Source: an uncultured Oscillospiraceae bacterium
Lineage (GTDB): Bacteria > Bacillota > Clostridia > Oscillospirales > Acutalibacteraceae
NCBI GenBank assembly: GCA_900539855.1
Contig: UQDO01000002.1
Location: 7,033-71,032, forward strand
Direction of reading: 5' to 3'
Length of the DNA stretch: 64,000 bases
Positions within the stretch are counted from its first letter, which is position 1; the number at the start of each line of letters is the position of its first letter. A program made the position numbers and the translations under genes. The notes under the pieces are model-generated. The model ran no database searches and was not told the DNA's origin. It was given only the letters and a program-made list of their open reading frames with translations. Shown here one piece after another: positions 1 through 8,997 of this stretch.

Positions 1-757
1 TATTGCACCTGCCGCATTTGCCGATACCGCACTTCATTCGAAGCTCCATTGTGGTATAAACCTGAGTCTTATCAAAGCCAAGCTCAATAAGACCGGCAAG
101 CGTAAATTTTATCATTATAGGCGGACCGCAGAGCACCGCGATCTTATCGGTCGAAAATCCAAGCTCCTTGACATAGTTCGGAACGAAGCCGACATGACCG
201 TTCCATTCGGGCTGCTCACGGTCGATAGTGAGATACACGGTGACACCGGCATCATTCGCCCATTCGTCGATGATCTCTTTATAGTCCACAAGGTCCTGCA
301 TGCTGCGCGAGCCGTACACTATATCTATCTTACCGTAACGGTCACGGTAATGACGGCAGTAGTTTATTACCGAACGCAGAGGCGCCAGACCTATACCGCC
401 GGCAATAAACAGCATGTCATGACCGGCAAACTCGGTATCCACCGGGAATGGTCTGCCGTACGGACCTCTTATGGTTATCTGCTGACCGACCTCCATTGAA
501 TGGAGCCATTCGGTCACGCAGCCGCACTTCTTTATGGAAAACTCCATAAATTCCTCATTGGTCGGCGACGAGGTTATTGAAAACATAGCTTCACCAACAC
601 CTGGAACGGACAGCATGGCGCACTGACCCGGCTTATGCTCGAATGCCTTTTTGCCGTCCGGCGTCACGACACGGAAAGTTTTGACATCGGGAGTGTCGAT
701 CCTTATATCGGTAACAACGCCGATATGAGGTATCAGCGGTTCCTTTAACTCAGCCAT
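1..757 (-). CDS. FAD/NAD(P)H oxidoreductase, AsrB / sulfhydrogenase-gamma / FlxA-like; partial, C-terminus lies beyond the window start
   Basis: The reverse translation from the ATG at 757 reads MAELKEPLIPHIGVVTDI..., with a ferredoxin-reductase-type FAD/NAD fold. A CGIGKCGRC 2Fe-2S motif sits near the window edge. An AGGAGG RBS lies upstream. It is the last gene of the hdr/flx-like operon. Confidence 0.7.
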   Translation of the reverse strand, partial: MAELKEPLIPHIGVVTDIRIDTPDVKTFRVVTPDGKKAFEHKPGQCAMLSVPGVGEAMFSITSSPTNEEFMEFSIKKCGCVTEWLHSMEVGQQITIRGPYGRPFPVDTEFAGHDMLFIAGGIGLAPLRSVINYCRHYRDRYGKIDIVYGSRSMQDLVDYKEIIDEWANDAGVTVYLTIDREQPEWNGHVGFVPNYVKELGFSTDKIAVLCGPPIMIKFTLAGLIELGFDKTQVYTTMELRMKCGIGKCGRCN

Positions 758-1784
758 TTTTCTTACCTCCTAACCTTTTCATGACCTTGACTATGTTCAT
801 CTGTATCGGGCATTTTGAGACGCAGCGTCCGCAGCCGACGCAGGAGAACATTCCGTCATTGTTGGTCGGGAAATAAACAAGCTTATGCATAAAGCGCTGA
901 CGGAAGCGCTCAAGCTGGGTAAGTCTCGGCTGTCCGGCAGACATTTTTGTAAACTCGGAATACATGCACGAATCCCAGCAGCGGAAACGCTTTATACCGT
1001 GACCGGTATTGAAATCCTTTATATCATAGCACTGGCAGGTCGGGCACACAAAGGTACATGTGCCGCAGCCGAGGCATGACTCCGACAGCTCCTTCCATTC
1101 CGGAGCGTCGAAAAATTCCTTTGTCTTGCCGTCTCCGAAGCTATCGGCTGAAAGATCTGCAAGCGGCAGCGCTGCAAGTCTTTTCCTTGTCATTTCCTGC
1201 TGTTCAGAAACTGCCTTTTCGTCAGCCTGCTCGGTAATGTCCTCGATAGACTCCAGCAGCTTTTCACCTTTCGGTGTTTTGGGCTGCATATAAAGCGCAT
1301 CGTCGGTCTTAAAGCAGACAACGTCCCCGGCAGGGTCGGCTGCATCTATGCCGAAGGTGCCGCAGAAGCAGGTCTCATGCGGCTTTGTACAGGCAAGCGA
1401 CATTATAATGCCGTGGTCGCGGCGGTTTTTGTAGTAGGTATCAACAGGATCGGCAAGGAACACCCTGTCAAGCACGTCAAAGCTCTTGACATCGCAGGCG
1501 CGGACGCCGAAAACGACGAAATCCTCACACTCGGTCCTTGTATCGATTATCTCGATATTCTTACCTTCGACCTTGAAGTCCATAAGATTCTCGGTCTGCG
1601 GAAAGAAGAAATCCTTGGGGCTGCGGACGGTATTGAGCGCGTCGGACAGCTCCTTGCCGTCCTCCCACTTTTCATACTTTGCCCCTGCCTTGGTGTCAAC
1701 CGGGATGTACAGCGTATTTGCGGCGGCGATGGCGCCAAAAAGCGCATTTATCTTCTGAAGTGATATTTTACGCATTCTCGCCAC
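750..1784 (-). CDS. Fe-S subunit, AsrA / HydB / FlxB/C-like (two CxxCxxCxxxCP ferredoxin motifs)
   Basis: The 344-aa ORF carries CLGCGTCTFVCP and CVGCGRCVSKCP motifs and has an AsrA-like N-terminus. It overlaps the upstream gene by 17 nt, consistent with translational coupling. Confidence 0.65.
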   Translation of the reverse strand: MARMRKISLQKINALFGAIAAANTLYIPVDTKAGAKYEKWEDGKELSDALNTVRSPKDFFFPQTENLMDFKVEGKNIEIIDTRTECEDFVVFGVRACDVKSFDVLDRVFLADPVDTYYKNRRDHGIIMSLACTKPHETCFCGTFGIDAADPAGDVVCFKTDDALYMQPKTPKGEKLLESIEDITEQADEKAVSEQQEMTRKRLAALPLADLSADSFGDGKTKEFFDAPEWKELSESCLGCGTCTFVCPTCQCYDIKDFNTGHGIKRFRCWDSCMYSEFTKMSAGQPRLTQLERFRQRFMHKLVYFPTNNDGMFSCVGCGRCVSKCPIQMNIVKVMKRLGGKKNG

Positions 1785-2760
1785 CCCTTTCGACCGCCTC
1801 TTTAGGCTCTATATCATCGGTTTTATAATCAACTATAGGCGCGCGGCTGCCGATCTTTTCACCGGCGGTGTATTCGCCGTAGAATTCATCTATATCCTTG
1901 ATGAACTTACGGTTCAACAAATGAAGCGGTATATGCTGCGGACATACCCTTGAGCACTCACCGCAGTCGGTGCAGCGTCCGACAACATGGAACGCGCGGA
2001 TTATATGGAACATCTTCTCCTCAAACGAGTTTGCCGCCGCCTTGTTTTCAACACCGGAATTGGGATTGTCGAAAACGCATTTTTCACAGGTACATGCCGG
2101 ACATACATCACGGCAGGCATTGCAGCGGATGCAGCGCGAAAGCTCTCCCTGCCAGAAGGCAAAACGCTCATCGGGGGTCATTTTTTCAAGGCGCTCCACC
2201 TCGTCAAAGCGGTGAGACTCCAGCACCTCGCCGTCGCTGCCGAGCAGCTCATCAAAGGCGACATGCTTTTTGGATTTGCAGTTTTTGCATCTGTCGGGCA
2301 AAATATCATCGCCCTTTACGGTCACATCACCGTCGTAAAGTGTTGTTATAACAACATCATTGCCGTTTTCCGACACGGACGCAATACCGTCGGCTGAGCA
2401 TTTCAGCTTGCCGACATCATACATTCCGCTGCACGGAACGCCGACTACATAGACCTTTTCACGGTCAAATCTGTGTTCGGTAAGGAGCTGGTTGAAGCTG
2501 TATGTATCACATGGCTTTAAAAACACAAGCACCTTGCCGTCGCTCTTTGCGGTCTCCTTTATAAGATATTTTGAAAAGTTTGCACCGCAGAAGCTGTTCC
2601 AGACAAGCTCCTTTTCGATCTCCTCCGTGCTGTAGAAAACGCCGGGGGTGACATCATAGTCATATTCTCCGCGTTTCCAGCCGAGGACCCTGTCAACAGT
2701 ACCGGAGCTTAACAGCTCGTTCGCCTTTGAAACAAGTATATCGCGTGTTATTTCTTGCAT
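1768..2760 (-). CDS. Fe-S subunit, AsrA / HydB / FlxB/C-like (tandem paralog of 750-1784)
   Basis: The 330-aa ORF carries CIRCNACRDVCP and CTDCGECSRVCP motifs. Its architecture matches the neighbouring ORF. A GGAGGA RBS is present. Confidence 0.65.
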   Translation of the reverse strand: MQEITRDILVSKANELLSSGTVDRVLGWKRGEYDYDVTPGVFYSTEEIEKELVWNSFCGANFSKYLIKETAKSDGKVLVFLKPCDTYSFNQLLTEHRFDREKVYVVGVPCSGMYDVGKLKCSADGIASVSENGNDVVITTLYDGDVTVKGDDILPDRCKNCKSKKHVAFDELLGSDGEVLESHRFDEVERLEKMTPDERFAFWQGELSRCIRCNACRDVCPACTCEKCVFDNPNSGVENKAAANSFEEKMFHIIRAFHVVGRCTDCGECSRVCPQHIPLHLLNRKFIKDIDEFYGEYTAGEKIGSRAPIVDYKTDDIEPKEAVERGGENA

Positions 2761-3182
2761 CTCAGATCCTCCAATCTCTTGTTTTCACCGAGAGCCGCGA
2801 CCTTTTCGGCAAAATCGTTCATAGTTGCGGCAAACTTTGCACCCTCGGCAGCCGACACCCACTCAACACGGGTACGCTCACGCTCAATGCCGAGGTAATC
2901 GAGCATTGAAAACAGCAGAGCCATACGGCGGCGTGCATAATAGTTGCCTGAGGTATAATGGCAGTCGCCCGGATGACATCCGCAGATGATAACACCGTCG
3001 GCACCGCGCTGGAACGCGCGCAGAATAAACATCGGGTTCACCCTGCATGAGCAGGGAACGCGGATTATTTTAACATTATCAGGATAGTTAAGGCGGTTGT
3101 TTCCGGCAAGATCGGCGCCGGCATACGAGCACCAGTTACAGCAAAACGCCACGATCAGCGGCTTATATTCATTTACTTGCAT
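2748..3182 (-). CDS. mvhD: MvhD / FlxD-like [2Fe-2S] hydrogenase delta-subunit family protein
   Basis: The 144-aa protein has the Cys-rich pattern FCCNWCSYAGADLAG...CSCRV...CGCHPGDCHY typical of MvhD. It overlaps the hdrA stop. A GGAGGT RBS is present. Confidence 0.8.
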   Translation of the reverse strand: MQVNEYKPLIVAFCCNWCSYAGADLAGNNRLNYPDNVKIIRVPCSCRVNPMFILRAFQRGADGVIICGCHPGDCHYTSGNYYARRRMALLFSMLDYLGIERERTRVEWVSAAEGAKFAATMNDFAEKVAALGENKRLEDLRCKK

Positions 3183-5167
3183 ATCGCGTCAACCTCCGCC
3201 ATGATCTGTTTGTTCATGAAGCCCTTAAGGTCCATGGCACCCGACATACAGGCGACCGTACAGGCTCCGCAGCCCTGACACACAGCCTCGTTGACGCTGG
3301 CGACACGGCGGACCTTGGTAGTCCTGTCAGGCATCCTGAATTCCTTTTCAACATAAGAGATTGCGCCGTACGGGCAGACCTTTTCGCAGGTCGAGCAGCC
3401 GTTGCACATCATCTCGTCCGAATGGGCAACACACGGGTTGCCGGTCAGCTTATCCTTGCAGAGCAGACCTATGACCTTTGACGCGGCAGCGCCTGCCTGG
3501 GATACCGTTTCGGGTATATCCTTCGGTCCCTGACACGTTCCCGAAAGGAACACGCCTGCAGTCGGACTTTCGACCGGACGCAGCTTGGGATGCGCCTCGG
3601 TAAAGAAATCGTTAGTGTCCATACTTGCAGTCAGCATGGTTGCAAGCGGACGTGCCGATTTGTCAGGCTCGATAGCGGCGGCAAGCACCACAAGGTCTGC
3701 ATCTATATGAAGCTGACGGTTATCTATAAGATCGGACGCACGCACCTTGAGCTTTCCGCCCTCGGGCGACACCTTTCCTACCATACCCTTTATGTAATGC
3801 ACGCCGTATTCCTCGACTGCACGGCGGTAGAACTCATCAAAGTTCTTGCCCGGTGTTCTTACATCTATATAGAATACATAGACCTCGGTATCGGGATACT
3901 TATCGCGTATCAGCATGGCGTGCTTCGCAGTGTACATACAGCATATCTTTGAGCAATATTCCTTGCCCTTTTCGGCGCACGCCTCGCAGCGTGATCCGAC
4001 GCACTGCACGAACACTATCGTGTGCGGATGCTCGCCGTCCGACGGGCGCAGCAGAGTGCCGCCGGTAGGTCCGGCAGCGTTCATAAGACGCTCGAGCTCC
4101 AGAGAGGTTATAACATCCTTTGACTGCGAATATGCATATTCGTCGAACTTATCCATTGAAATAGGATTGAAGCCGGTCGCGACGACTATCGCACCGTACT
4201 TTTCCTCGACGTATTCGTCCTGTGCCTTATAGTCTATGGCTCCTGCGGTACATACCTTGGAGCAGACGCCGCATTTGCCGGTCTTTAACATCATACAGTA
4301 GTTGGGGTCAATAGTAGCGACCTTGGGGACTGCCTGAGCAAAGGGAATATAAATGGCGCGGCGGTTATCCATGCCGAGGTTGAACTCGTTGGGGATCCTG
4401 CGCTGCGGACATTTCTCGGTGCAGGCTCCGCATCCGGTACAGACATCCTCTTTTACATAACGCGCGCGGCGCTTTATGGTGACATCAAAGTTACCTACAA
4501 AGCCCTTTACGTCGGTGACCTCAGAATACGAGAATATGCGGATCTTGTCGTTCTGCGCGACATCGACCATTTTAGGTGTCAGAATACAGGCGGCGCAGTC
4601 GAGGGTCGGGAACGTTTTGTCTAACTGAGCCATTTTTCCGCCTATGGTAGGCTTGGTCTCAACTATATCGACAGGGAAACCTGCGTCGGCAATATCAAGT
4701 GCGGTCTGGATGCCGGCGATACCGCCGCCTATGACCAGAGCGCGCTTGGTGACCGGGCTTTCACCCGGTGTCAGCGGCGCGTTGAGGGCGACCTTGGCGA
4801 CTGCCGCCTTGGCAAGGATTATAGCCTTTTCGGTGCCTGTGGGCATGTCCTTATGCACCCATGAGCACTGCTCACGGATGTTGGCTATCTCGACCATATA
4901 CGGATTCAGTCCTGCTGCCGCGGCGGTCTTGCGGAAGGTAGCTTCATGCATACGGGGCGAACATGAGCAGACAACTATTCCGGTCAGCTTATGCTCGGCG
5001 ACCGACTGCTTTATCATATCCTGTCCAGCCTGAGAGCACATGTACTGATAATCGGTGGAGAAAACTACTCCGGGTTCATTTTTAATAGCCTCGGCTACGG
5101 CCTTTACATCGACCGTTCCGGCAATATTTGTGCCGCAATGGCACACGAATACTCCTATTCTCTGCAC
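3173..5167 (-). CDS. hdrA: Heterodisulfide reductase subunit A-like flavoprotein (FAD plus multiple 4Fe-4S)
   Basis: The protein has the HdrA N-terminal signature IGVFVCHCGTNIAG, a GGGIAG FAD motif and several CxxCxxCxxxCP motifs. The start is placed at the GTG at 5167, which has a strong AAAGGAG RBS. The ATG at 5209 has no RBS and would overlap hdrC. Confidence 0.8.
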   Translation of the reverse strand: MQRIGVFVCHCGTNIAGTVDVKAVAEAIKNEPGVVFSTDYQYMCSQAGQDMIKQSVAEHKLTGIVVCSCSPRMHEATFRKTAAAAGLNPYMVEIANIREQCSWVHKDMPTGTEKAIILAKAAVAKVALNAPLTPGESPVTKRALVIGGGIAGIQTALDIADAGFPVDIVETKPTIGGKMAQLDKTFPTLDCAACILTPKMVDVAQNDKIRIFSYSEVTDVKGFVGNFDVTIKRRARYVKEDVCTGCGACTEKCPQRRIPNEFNLGMDNRRAIYIPFAQAVPKVATIDPNYCMMLKTGKCGVCSKVCTAGAIDYKAQDEYVEEKYGAIVVATGFNPISMDKFDEYAYSQSKDVITSLELERLMNAAGPTGGTLLRPSDGEHPHTIVFVQCVGSRCEACAEKGKEYCSKICCMYTAKHAMLIRDKYPDTEVYVFYIDVRTPGKNFDEFYRRAVEEYGVHYIKGMVGKVSPEGGKLKVRASDLIDNRQLHIDADLVVLAAAIEPDKSARPLATMLTASMDTNDFFTEAHPKLRPVESPTAGVFLSGTCQGPKDIPETVSQAGAAASKVIGLLCKDKLTGNPCVAHSDEMMCNGCSTCEKVCPYGAISYVEKEFRMPDRTTKVRRVASVNEAVCQGCGACTVACMSGAMDLKGFMNKQIMAEVDAICK

Positions 5168-5183
5168 GGTGTTTTCTCCTTTC

Positions 5184-5576
5184 TCACTTGGAATATTTAC
5201 GCATAGCACTGACTATCGCCTGCTGCGGCAGATCGTCGTCAACCAGCTGCGGAATGTCGTCGGGGGTCATATGATTTTTTCCCTTTTCCCTTATGACCGT
5301 AAGGCGCACTGCCTCTATAAGCTTTGCCGGCTCCACGCCTCTCGGGCAGCGGTCAACACATGCAAAGCAGGAAAGACATTTATATATCGACTTTGAATTC
5401 ATAAGCGCGTCCAGCTCGCCGGTCTCGACCATATAAACAAACTGGTGCGGATGATATTCCATCTCGTCATACGACGGACATGTGCCGGAGCACTTTCCGC
5501 AGCGCATGCACTTTAAGGGATTCACTCCGCTCATGCGGAGTATCTGTTCTTTTTTAAGATCATTCTTATTCGGCAT
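5184..5576 (-). CDS. hdrC: Heterodisulfide reductase subunit C-like (two 4Fe-4S)
   Basis: The 130-aa protein carries CMRCGKCSGTCP and CLSCFACVDRCP motifs. An AAGGAGG RBS is present. It overlaps the hdrB stop. Confidence 0.75.
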   Translation of the reverse strand: MPNKNDLKKEQILRMSGVNPLKCMRCGKCSGTCPSYDEMEYHPHQFVYMVETGELDALMNSKSIYKCLSCFACVDRCPRGVEPAKLIEAVRLTVIREKGKNHMTPDDIPQLVDDDLPQQAIVSAMRKYSK

Positions 5577-6372
5577 GAGGCGCCTCCTTTACTCCGAGAG
5601 CCTCGGCAAGCAGCTCGGTGAAATATACCACCGGCACATCACTGCCGTTTTTAAGCAGGTTGTATTTGCAGAGAGGACATGCGGTAACTATCATATCGGC
5701 ACCGTGCGATCTTGCGCTTTCAGTCACGGCACGGCTCTTTCTGGCAGCCGACTCGTTATCCTCAAGCACGACATAACCGCCGCAGCACTCATTGCGTTCG
5801 GCATATATTACCGGCTCGGCACCGAGTGCCTTTATAAGGTTTTCCATTATCTGCGGATTTTCCGGATCGTCCGTTTTGAGCACCTTTCCGGGGCGCAGCA
5901 GCATACATCCGTAATACGCCGCTATTTTTTTGCCTGAGAGCGGATTTGTGACCGCTGCCTTTACATTATCAAAGCCCACCTTATCGCGGAGCAGCTCCAG
6001 ATAATGCAGCACCTCGGTCTCGCCGCCGTACGGCTCGCTGCCGTCGTTGTCCTGCGCCATATAGCGCGCGGCCTTGGCGGCAAACTCCTCATCGGACTTT
6101 ATCGTCTCATTGGTCTGCTTTATAACATTGTGACATGCCGAGCACACCGTGACAAGCGGCATGCCGGCATCTCTCGCAGCCTTTAAGGCACGAACACTTG
6201 ACAGCTTTGTGGCGATCTCGTCCTTAGAAGAAACGAACACGCCGCCGCAGCACTGCCAGTTTTCTATCTCACACAGCTCAACACCGAGCTTTTCTGCACT
6301 TTTTCTTGCCCAAAGGTCGAGATCCTTCGCCTTTGTACGCAGGGTGCAGCCCGGAAAATAACTGACTTTCAT
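5566..6372 (-). CDS. hdrB: Heterodisulfide reductase subunit B-like (CCG domains)
   Basis: The 268-aa protein has two CCG-type motifs, WQCCGG and NECCGG. A GGAGGA RBS is present. Confidence 0.8.
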   Translation of the reverse strand: MKVSYFPGCTLRTKAKDLDLWARKSAEKLGVELCEIENWQCCGGVFVSSKDEIATKLSSVRALKAARDAGMPLVTVCSACHNVIKQTNETIKSDEEFAAKAARYMAQDNDGSEPYGGETEVLHYLELLRDKVGFDNVKAAVTNPLSGKKIAAYYGCMLLRPGKVLKTDDPENPQIMENLIKALGAEPVIYAERNECCGGYVVLEDNESAARKSRAVTESARSHGADMIVTACPLCKYNLLKNGSDVPVVYFTELLAEALGVKEAPHAE

Positions 6373-6396
6373 TGTTTTCCTCCAACTATTTAAAGA

Positions 6397-7773
6397 TCAG
6401 ACCATCTGCTCGGGGTGGAACACCTCGTCGAACCTCTCAGCGGTAAGGAAGCCGAGCTCTACGCACGCCTCTTTGAGCGAGATGTTGTCCTTGAACGCCT
6501 TTTTGGCGGTCTTTGCGGCGTTTTCATATCCTATATAAGGATTGAGCGCCGTGACCAGCATAAGCGAATTGTGAAGATTATGATACATCTTGTCCTTGTT
6601 TGCGGTAATGCCCACTGCACAGTTATTGTTGAACGAAACGATAGCCTCTGCAAGCAGACGTGCCGACTGAAGGAAGTTGTAAGCCGCGACCGGCATAAAG
6701 ACGTTGAGTTCAAAGTTGCCCTGCGATGCGGCAATGCCGACTGCAACATCGTTGCCCATTACCTGAACGGCGACCATGGTGACCGCTTCGCACTGGGTAG
6801 GATTGACCTTGCCCGGCATTATGGATGAGCCCGGCTCGTTCTCCGGGATATGTATCTCACCGAGACCGTCACGCGGACCGGAAGCCAGCCAGCGGACATC
6901 GTTTGCTATTTTCATCATATCGCAGGCGGTGGCTTTTATGGCACCGTGCGCAAATACGAATTCGTCCTTTGAAGTAAGAGCGTGGAACTTATTTTCGGCA
7001 GTTACAAACGGCTTGCCGGTAAGCTCTGCAACCTTTGCGGCAACAAGCTCGGAAAAGCCCTTGGGCGCATTAAGACCGGTGCCGACGGCGGTACCGCCGA
7101 GAGCCAGCTCATGCAGAGGCTTTACAGCCATGCGAAGCAGCTCAGCATCACGCTCAAGGCTCGCTCTCCAGCCGGATATTTCCTGACTGAACTTTATAGG
7201 AGTCGCATCCTGAAGATGTGTACGTCCCGATTTTACAATACCCTCGTTCTCGGCTTCAAGCTTTTTGAAGGTAGCTATCAGCAGCTCAACCGCCGGAAGG
7301 AGCTTATCCTCTATTGCTATGACCGCCGAAATATGCATTGCGGTCGGGAAGGTGTCGTTTGAGGACTGGCTCATGTTGATGTCGTCGTTCGGATGGCAGA
7401 GCTTTGTGCCTGCTATCTCATTTGCCCTGTTGGCTATGACCTCGTTGGCATTCATGTTGGACTGTGTGCCGGAGCCGGTCTGCCATACGACGAGCGGAAA
7501 ATGACCGTTGAGCTTTCCGGCTATTACCTCGTCGCATGCGGCTGATATTGCCGACAGCTTCTCCGCAGTCATTTTATTGGGGCAAAGCTCGGCGTTTGCA
7601 AGAGCCGCAGCCTTTTTCAGTATTCCGAAGGCGTGGGTTATCTCTCTGGGCATCGTTTCGATATCTACGCCGATTTTGAAGTTCTCATGGCTTCTCTGGG
7701 TCTGGGCAGCCCAAAGACGGTCTGCCGGGACCTTCATTTCTCCCATTGAATCATGTTCGATACGGTATTCCAT
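6397..7773 (-). CDS. fumC: Class II fumarate hydratase
   Basis: The N-terminus DSMGEMKVPADRLWAAQTQRS matches the FumC signature LWGAQTQRS. The GSSIMPGKVNPTQ lyase signature is also present. The protein is 458 aa. Confidence 0.8.
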   Translation of the reverse strand: MEYRIEHDSMGEMKVPADRLWAAQTQRSHENFKIGVDIETMPREITHAFGILKKAAALANAELCPNKMTAEKLSAISAACDEVIAGKLNGHFPLVVWQTGSGTQSNMNANEVIANRANEIAGTKLCHPNDDINMSQSSNDTFPTAMHISAVIAIEDKLLPAVELLIATFKKLEAENEGIVKSGRTHLQDATPIKFSQEISGWRASLERDAELLRMAVKPLHELALGGTAVGTGLNAPKGFSELVAAKVAELTGKPFVTAENKFHALTSKDEFVFAHGAIKATACDMMKIANDVRWLASGPRDGLGEIHIPENEPGSSIMPGKVNPTQCEAVTMVAVQVMGNDVAVGIAASQGNFELNVFMPVAAYNFLQSARLLAEAIVSFNNNCAVGITANKDKMYHNLHNSLMLVTALNPYIGYENAAKTAKKAFKDNISLKEACVELGFLTAERFDEVFHPEQMV

Positions 7774-7805
7774 TATAAATTACCACCTTTAAGCATTTCA
7801 GATGA

Positions 7806-8750
7806 TCAGATCTTAAGACTCTTTATTACTTCCTTGAGCTTTTCGGCGCTGTTGCGAAGCAGTGCGACCTCACCGTCGGTAAGGGAAACATTGACCTTGC
7901 CGCGGACACCGTCGTTGCCGACCATGTTGAGGGTGCTCAGGCACACGTCGTCAACACCGTACTCGCCGTGCATCATGGTGGAAACGGTCATGGTAGTATC
8001 TATACCGGCAAGCAGGCACTTGCATATATGACATACCGAAACCGAAACCGCATAGAAGGTTGCGCCCTTGCGTGCGATAACACGTCCGCCCGATTTTCTT
8101 ACATACTGCTCGATTTCCTCGAAGTCAAGCTCCGGTGTGCATATACCCGGTGTTGAAATGAGCTTCTGGCAGTCCCTTATCGGAACGTTTGAAATGTTGG
8201 CGACCGACCACGGTATAAACGAAGAATCGCCGTGCTCACCGAAAACATAGGCATGAACGTTGCTCTGATTTATATTGTAGTACTCCGAAAGTCTTGAACG
8301 CAGACGCGCGGTATCAAGTATGGTGCCCGAACCGATGATGCGGTTTTCAGGCAGTCCGGACAGCTTTACAAAGGTATAGGTCAGTATGTCAACCGGGTTG
8401 CTGACTATAATATATGTGGCATTCGGGGCATACTTTGTAATCTCCGGAATTATCATCTTGGTTATATCGACGTTTGTCTGAGCAAGCTCAAGTCTCGACT
8501 GACCGGGCTTTCTTGCAATGCCCGACGTGATTATTACGATGTCGGAATTGACGGCATCGCGGTAATCTCCGGCATAAATAGAACATGCTCCGCAGAACGG
8601 AGTGCCCTGTCTGATGTCAAGCGCCTCACCTAAAGCCTTTTCACTGTTAATATCGATCATGACGATCTCAGATACAAGACCCATGACGGTGAGTGTGTAG
8701 GCAATGGTCGAACCGACGCTTCCGGTTCCGATAATAGATACTTTGTTCAT
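7806..8750 (-). CDS. mdh: Malate dehydrogenase of the LDH-like family (Arg at the substrate-specificity position)
   Basis: The protein has the GTGSVGS Rossmann motif and the GEHGDS catalytic motif. The IARKPGQSR loop carries Arg rather than Gln, which indicates malate specificity. It sits adjacent to fumC. Confidence 0.75.
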   Translation of the reverse strand: MNKVSIIGTGSVGSTIAYTLTVMGLVSEIVMIDINSEKALGEALDIRQGTPFCGACSIYAGDYRDAVNSDIVIITSGIARKPGQSRLELAQTNVDITKMIIPEITKYAPNATYIIVSNPVDILTYTFVKLSGLPENRIIGSGTILDTARLRSRLSEYYNINQSNVHAYVFGEHGDSSFIPWSVANISNVPIRDCQKLISTPGICTPELDFEEIEQYVRKSGGRVIARKGATFYAVSVSVCHICKCLLAGIDTTMTVSTMMHGEYGVDDVCLSTLNMVGNDGVRGKVNVSLTDGEVALLRNSAEKLKEVIKSLKI

Positions 8751-8997
8751 AGTGCACCTTCCAAATAAAATTATTTGATTGTTTATATTTTAACATTTTC
8801 CTTCAAAATAGGCAAATACCTATTTTATATATCGGTAATACCTTTATCGATATAGCAAGTTATAATTGACGGGGCTGCTTTTTCTCATAACTTTTATATA
8901 AAATATATAAAAAGCCGTCCGATAATGCGAGGGGCTCCGGAAATTTCCGAAGTCCCCCGTAAAATAAGGGTTACGTCAGGTGGATTTTTCCAAGCTT

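Noticed and set aside
5167-5209. An ATG at 5209 was considered as the hdrA start.
   Set aside because: No RBS precedes it, and it would overlap hdrC by 26 nt. The GTG at 5167 has a textbook AAAGGAG RBS and begins the conserved IGVFVCHCG N-terminus.
8751-8997. A possible riboswitch or terminator lies in the AT-rich mdh-prs intergenic region, which includes the palindrome ccggaaatttccg.
   Set aside because: The palindromes are short and imperfect. There is no T-run in the right orientation for either neighbouring gene. No known leader motif was recognised.
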